A stretch of DNA of 64,000 bases, taken from Vulcanimicrobiota bacterium. GTDB lineage: Bacteria > Vulcanimicrobiota > Vulcanimicrobiia > Vulcanimicrobiales > Vulcanimicrobiaceae. How positions within the stretch are numbered: the first letter of the stretch is position 1; every line of letters begins with the position of its first letter. The stretch lies in NCBI GenBank assembly GCA_963820825.1, contig CAWGBN010000007.1, forward strand, positions 256,001 to 320,000. Direction: 5' to 3'. The position numbers and the translations under genes are program-made. This document shows positions 59,467-64,000 of this stretch, piece by piece. The notes under the pieces were generated by a model. The model saw only the letters and a program-made list of their open reading frames with translations. It ran no database searches and was not told the origin of the DNA.

Positions 59467-60196
59467 TGCGCATCAGCTCCAGAAAGACGTCTTGCAATGA
59501 GGCTCCATCGGCGACGAGCTCTTCGGTCGGCTTCTCGGTGACGATGCGGCCGTTCCGAATGATGGCGATGCGCTTGCAGAGCTGCTCGGCTTCCTCGAGA
59601 TAGTGCGTCGTCAGAAAGATCGTCAGGCCGCCGTCGTTGAGCGAGCGAAGCCACTGCCAGAGCTCCAAGCGCAGCTCCACGTCGACTCCGGCCGTCGGCT
59701 CGTCGAGAATCAAGAGGCTCGGCTGATGAATCAAAGCTCGCGCCAGCGAAAGGCGGCGCTTCTGCCCGCCGGAGATCTTCGTATACTCCAAGTGGGCGTG
59801 CGCGGTCAGGCCGAAGCGCTCGAGCAGCATGTCGGCGCGCTCGGCGACTTCCTTGCCGCGCAGACCGTAATAGCCGGCGGCAAAGATCAAGACGTCGCGC
59901 AACGAGAGGTACCGGTCGAAGTTATACTCTTGCGGTGAGAGGCCGATCAAGCGCCGCGCGTGCCGCCAGTCACGCTCGTTGTCGTGACCGAAGATACGAA
60001 TGCTCCCGGAACTCTTTTGCGCGAGGCCGACGATTGCGTTGATCGTCGTCGTCTTGCCTGCGCCGTTTGGTCCGAGGAAACCGAAGAACTCCCCCGCGCC
60101 GACGCGCAGCGAGATGCCGTCGACTGCGGTAAACGCGCCGTATCGCTTCACGAGGCGATCGACCTCGACGGCGGGTGCGCTAGGGCCTTGTGCTAG
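59462..60196 (-). CDS. ABC transporter ATP-binding protein (YadG-like)
   Basis: PAVEVDRLVKRY, GPNGAGKTT, SGGQKRR, LDEPTAGVD; start uncertain. Confidence 0.92.
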   Translation of the reverse strand, partial: LAQGPSAPAVEVDRLVKRYGAFTAVDGISLRVGAGEFFGFLGPNGAGKTTTINAIVGLAQKSSGSIRIFGHDNERDWRHARRLIGLSPQEYNFDRYLSLRDVLIFAAGYYGLRGKEVAERADMLLERFGLTAHAHLEYTKISGGQKRRLSLARALIHQPSLLILDEPTAGVDVELRLELWQWLRSLNDGGLTIFLTTHYLEEAEQLCKRIAIIRNGRIVTEKPTEELVADGASLQDVFLELMRN

Positions 60197-60924
60197 GGAA
60201 TCGAGTTCTTTAATTGCTTATACCGGTGCCGGCGGAGGGTGGCGATGAGCTCTGCACTCCCCGGAATCCCTGAATCGGCTAATTGGGTTGCGACCTTTTT
60301 CACATCGAACGCGACGCGCCGGTGCTTCACCTGCCAGCCGCCGTCGCGCTCGCTGAAGATCGCGTAGCTCGCGCGCGGATCGCCGTCCTTGGGCAGACCC
60401 GCCGATGACACGTTGACGAGAAGCTTCCCACGCCACAAGCGCGCGAAGGGGATGTGCAGGTGGCCGAAAGCGATCGCCGCCGCCGCGTCGTTGCCGATGA
60501 GCCGCTCGAGCGTTGAGTCGTCCGCGTCGGGCCAAATATACTCGTCGTCGGTAAGCACGTTCGCGTGGACGATCAAGAGTTGATTCTGATCCTCGCCGAT
60601 TCGCAATGCAAATGGCAGCTCTTTGAGCCACGAGAGCCAGCGCTCGCCGATCTCGCGGCGCGACCACGCGATTTGAGCCGCTTCGGCCGCCTCGAAGGTC
60701 TTACCGGGCGAATCCTCGACGAGATCGCGATCCCTATTGCCGCGAACGCACGCGGCACCGATCTCCTCGAGCCGCTGCAGCACTTTCTTGGGCTTCGGGC
60801 CCGGCGAGCAAAGATCGCCGGCGACGACGATCGCGTCGGCTCCGCCCTGCGATTCGAGGTCGGCCAGACACGCATCGAGGCCTAAGAGATTTCCGTGAAC
60901 GTCGGAAAGTACGGCGATTCGCAT
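60193..60924 (-). CDS. Calcineurin-like metallophosphoesterase
   Basis: SDVHGN, AGDL, RGNRD, VHA, GHLH. Confidence 0.88.
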   Translation of the reverse strand: MRIAVLSDVHGNLLGLDACLADLESQGGADAIVVAGDLCSPGPKPKKVLQRLEEIGAACVRGNRDRDLVEDSPGKTFEAAEAAQIAWSRREIGERWLSWLKELPFALRIGEDQNQLLIVHANVLTDDEYIWPDADDSTLERLIGNDAAAAIAFGHLHIPFARLWRGKLLVNVSSAGLPKDGDPRASYAIFSERDGGWQVKHRRVAFDVKKVATQLADSGIPGSAELIATLRRHRYKQLKNSIP

Positions 60925-60932
60925 GCGCCGCG

Positions 60933-61775
60933 TTACTCGCGTTGCAACGCGAGCGCCAGCATCGACGGAGTGAGACCGAGCTTCGTAAACTCGTACAGAT
61001 CGAGTGCCTCGACGGTGATGCCCGCGCGTCGCATGCTCGAAAGCGCGGTGCGGTAACGAATCTCTGCGATGACGTGACGATCGTCCAGCGGCAGCACGCC
61101 TGCGGCCTGTTCTTCGCCGAGCTCGAGCAGGATCGTCCGAAAACCGTCGAACGCGCCGAGATCGACCTTACCGGCCGCGACGACGATCGTATCGCTCGCA
61201 GCCGCGCCGGCTACGGAGCGAAGCGAGGTAACGCCCTCGGCGAGACGCACCTCGACGACTCGATAGCCGTGCGCGCTCGCCAGCTGCGCGAAGCCGCTGC
61301 GGCCGAGCCGATTGCCGCGTACGCCGGTGCCGACGAACGCCGTCTTCCCGGCAAGCAACACGTCGTTTCCGTCGAGCAGCGCGGGAGCGGCGATGTGACC
61401 GGCAAGCGGCACGTCCATCCTCCCGAACTCGGCCTCCATCCGGTCGACCTCGGCGCGACGCGAGAGCGACGTGAGCCGCATGAGCGCGGCACCATCCTCG
61501 AAGACGACCGCCGCGTCGCCGGCCGCAGCCTCGTAGGGATCGGCGGTATGCGATGCGATGACCGTCGTCTCGACGCCGAACGATTCGAGCGTCTTGCGCA
61601 AAACGTCGTGCTGCTCGCAGGCTCGAGCGTAAATGGCTCCGGGTTCTCCGATCAGCGGTACTCCGCGCTCGATCGAGGCTGAGGGCCGGACGAGGACCGC
61701 GGCGCGCAGGCGCCCCGTCGGAGTGGCCACCAATCGAGGCCCATAGTCTACCCCGTGGCCATGGTGTACGGTCAT
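60933..61775 (-). CDS. Amidinotransferase/DDAH-family protein, catalytically degenerate
   Basis: ARACEQH, SRRAEV, LDGNDVL, LDLYEFTKL; catalytic Cys and His absent. Confidence 0.75.
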   Translation of the reverse strand: MTVHHGHGVDYGPRLVATPTGRLRAAVLVRPSASIERGVPLIGEPGAIYARACEQHDVLRKTLESFGVETTVIASHTADPYEAAAGDAAVVFEDGAALMRLTSLSRRAEVDRMEAEFGRMDVPLAGHIAAPALLDGNDVLLAGKTAFVGTGVRGNRLGRSGFAQLASAHGYRVVEVRLAEGVTSLRSVAGAAASDTIVVAAGKVDLGAFDGFRTILLELGEEQAAGVLPLDDRHVIAEIRYRTALSSMRRAGITVEALDLYEFTKLGLTPSMLALALQRE

Positions 61776-64000
61776 CGATTACCTCGAGCCTGATACGGCT
61801 CCGGTGAGGGAGCGTCGGTGAAGAATCCCGAGAGATCCGTGGCAAGCAGATCGCTCAGTGCTAGGGGCTGAAGCCCGAAGATTTCTTCTTCGGTTTTCAG
61901 CACGCTAGCCATGCCGAGGTGATCCTCGCCGACGTAACCGCGGCGGGCGAGCGGCGAAACGACCAAAGCGTAGGTGCGAAGCGCGTTGACGTGGTCGCCG
62001 TCCGATGGTGAATCGTGCGGCACGATAAAGATCGCCGTCGAGCTCCAGTGCGGCGTGTGCGATAGAAAATCGACGATCGAGCCGAGCGCGCGATCGATGT
62101 CGGACGCGCCCGCCGAACCGCCTTCGGCCGGTAGCGAAACGTAGGTATAGTTCGGCATGCTGTCGCTCTGCACGTACCGCCCCATGTCGCGCGCGAACTC
62201 CGCCGCCCGCGCCGAGGCGGCGATCTTCGGACTCCAACCTGCATAGCTCAAATCGACGTTCCCGCTCAGCGCCGCCAGCGCCGGAACGCTGAGATGATAG
62301 TAGGTGCCGTCGTATCCGGAGAGGCGCAGGAGACCTCCGTAGTCCCGAAACGAGATTCCGGCTCGGGCGAGCGCGTTGAAGAGGTAACCGGCTCGTCCGT
62401 AATCTTCGGGATCGTCGCCGTGATCGCTCGTGGCCCGGCTCGATTTCGTCACCGCGGTGATTTGCTGAAAGAGCGTCGCCTCTCCCTCCATCGCGAAGGC
62501 TGCTGCAACGTCCGCGTCCGGATCGGCCGCGTAAAAGTTGTCGGCAACCGCGTAGGAACGAGCGAGCGCGTGGAGGTTCGGAGTGACGCTCTCGGGGTAG
62601 ACGCTGAGGCTCGCATCGCCGTTTCCATGCGCGTTGCCGGCGTCGTCTTTGAGGTCGCCGAATATCGCGTCGTACCCCTGCGTACCGACCGCAATGTAAA
62701 CGACGTGATCGATCGACTCGCTTCGTTTATTCGAGCGCAGCGGCGGTATGACGGGATCGAAGCGTGCGATGGCCGGCGTCCGGTTGTATCGCAACGCGTC
62801 GAGCGTCGCTCGCACGAGGTAGGTGCGTTTGAGGTCGACGCGCTGCAGGATGCCCCAGCCGTTTACGCCTTTGCTATCGAGCACGTAGAGGTAGCGCCCG
62901 TCGTGCGAGACGGCGAGCGCGACCGGATACCACGCCGTTGGAATCAAGCCGTAACGATACCGCGTCGTGCGCTGGGCATCGAGGACCGCGATCGAATTCA
63001 AACCGGCAAGCGCGACGTAGAGACGCTTTCCGTTCGGACTCAACGCCTCGGCACTCGGTTCGGCTCCGTACGGCGCGCCCGGATAGAGACGTAGATCGAG
63101 ACCGCGGACGACGCGCGGCGCACCGTCGAGCGAAACGACGGCGACGCGATCGACGTTTGCCAGCGCTACGTAGGCAACCATTCCGTTGCGCGTAATCTCA
63201 ATCGCACCCGGTGCCGCTCCGCCGACGATTTGCGTTCCATCGGGCGCGCCGTCCATGCGCACGATCGCGGGATCGTTCATCGCTGCGCCGAGCGAGCCAA
63301 AGACCGAGAGCGCCGAAGATTTCGACGCATCGAAGGCCGGCTGCGAGAACTGTGGAGCATCCGCCGGCGGAGCGACCGGAGCGTAATTCGAAAGGCCGGT
63401 GCCGGCGACGAGAACGTTGCGAGCCCCAGCTGCAACGTAGAGCGGGAAATCGCCGGCGGGGAGCGTGCTCGCAACCGTGCGAGAGGCAATGTCGATGGTA
63501 ATAACGGCATTGCCGGCGGTCTCGGCGACGTACGCCGTACGGCCGTTCGGCGCAACCGCGATTTGCGCGGGAAGGCTCTTACGACCGTCCGCCGCGGTCA
63601 GCGCGATCGGCGTGCCCGCCGCCGTCAAGTCGCCGCCGGCCCCGAGATCGAAGAGACGAATCGCCCCAGCCGCCGCGTCCGAAGCGAGCACGAGCGTCTG
63701 CGCGGGATTGCTCGGATCGCGAACCGCTGCGATACCCATGAAGAACGCGGCCTCGGGATCCTTATACGCGCCGGCAATTTGCATCGTCTTCAGGTTGACG
63801 ACGGAGAGCGACGAGTTGGGAGGCGGCGCGTCGTTGGTAACGATTGCGTACCGTCCGTCGGGCGTCACGGTGAAGCCGAGGGGGTTGTTTCCAACGAAGA
63901 GGCTCGCACCCGCCGGCGCGGCGATTCGACCATTGGGAAGAATGGCGGTGGTAGGATGAACTCTATCGGCGCCGGTCGGCCTCGTGCCCGCCGGTGCCGA
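61772..64000 (-). CDS. YncE beta-propeller/phosphoesterase fusion; starts beyond window end
   Basis: Frame open to 64000; LPNGR...GNNP, LSPNGKRLYVA, IPTAWYP, YDAIFGD, TPNLHALA, WSSTAIFI. Confidence 0.8.
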   Translation of the reverse strand, partial: SAPAGTRPTGADRVHPTTAILPNGRIAAPAGASLFVGNNPLGFTVTPDGRYAIVTNDAPPPNSSLSVVNLKTMQIAGAYKDPEAAFFMGIAAVRDPSNPAQTLVLASDAAAGAIRLFDLGAGGDLTAAGTPIALTAADGRKSLPAQIAVAPNGRTAYVAETAGNAVITIDIASRTVASTLPAGDFPLYVAAGARNVLVAGTGLSNYAPVAPPADAPQFSQPAFDASKSSALSVFGSLGAAMNDPAIVRMDGAPDGTQIVGGAAPGAIEITRNGMVAYVALANVDRVAVVSLDGAPRVVRGLDLRLYPGAPYGAEPSAEALSPNGKRLYVALAGLNSIAVLDAQRTTRYRYGLIPTAWYPVALAVSHDGRYLYVLDSKGVNGWGILQRVDLKRTYLVRATLDALRYNRTPAIARFDPVIPPLRSNKRSESIDHVVYIAVGTQGYDAIFGDLKDDAGNAHGNGDASLSVYPESVTPNLHALARSYAVADNFYAADPDADVAAAFAMEGEATLFQQITAVTKSSRATSDHGDDPEDYGRAGYLFNALARAGISFRDYGGLLRLSGYDGTYYHLSVPALAALSGNVDLSYAGWSPKIAASARAAEFARDMGRYVQSDSMPNYTYVSLPAEGGSAGASDIDRALGSIVDFLSHTPHWSSTAIFIVPHDSPSDGDHVNALRTYALVVSPLARRGYVGEDHLGMASVLKTEEEIFGLQPLALSDLLATDLSGFFTDAPSPEPYQARGNR

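Overview
GC-rich, gene-dense bacterial chromosomal window of mostly core and metabolic genes. I found no rRNA, tRNA, CRISPR array, integrase or transposase. The repertoire (copper-amine-oxidase-N stalk/beta-barrel surface protein, orphan peptide ABC binding proteins, futalosine mqnB/mqnD) suggests Ca. Eremiobacterota, which is an inference only. Main blocks: envelope and secreted proteins; folD plus small enzymes; a divergent SufR/IscU-like | sufC-sufD-sufS-sufU-DUF485-actP locus with no sufB; an ECF sigma factor followed by a zinc anti-sigma (ZAS)/O6-alkylguanine methyltransferase fusion, a PHP protein with a histone-H1-like tail and an EF-G paralog; ETF-QO-thiO-thiS-thiG; a 2-oxoacid dehydrogenase operon with two tandem E1-alpha genes, then queD-queE-mqnB-mqnD-namZ; glcD/glcE; trxB; an ABC exporter; a catalytically degenerate DDAH-like protein. 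The best candidate for an undescribed system is the ECF sigma/ZAS-MGMT module, a possible Ada-independent alkylation-damage response. Also notable: three structured intergenic elements, several genes apparently starting at non-canonical codons, and active-site substitutions in FolD, the IscU-like protein, the EF-G paralog and DDAH. Single-base indels at about 34.4 kb and 48.9-51.7 kb are probably consensus errors.
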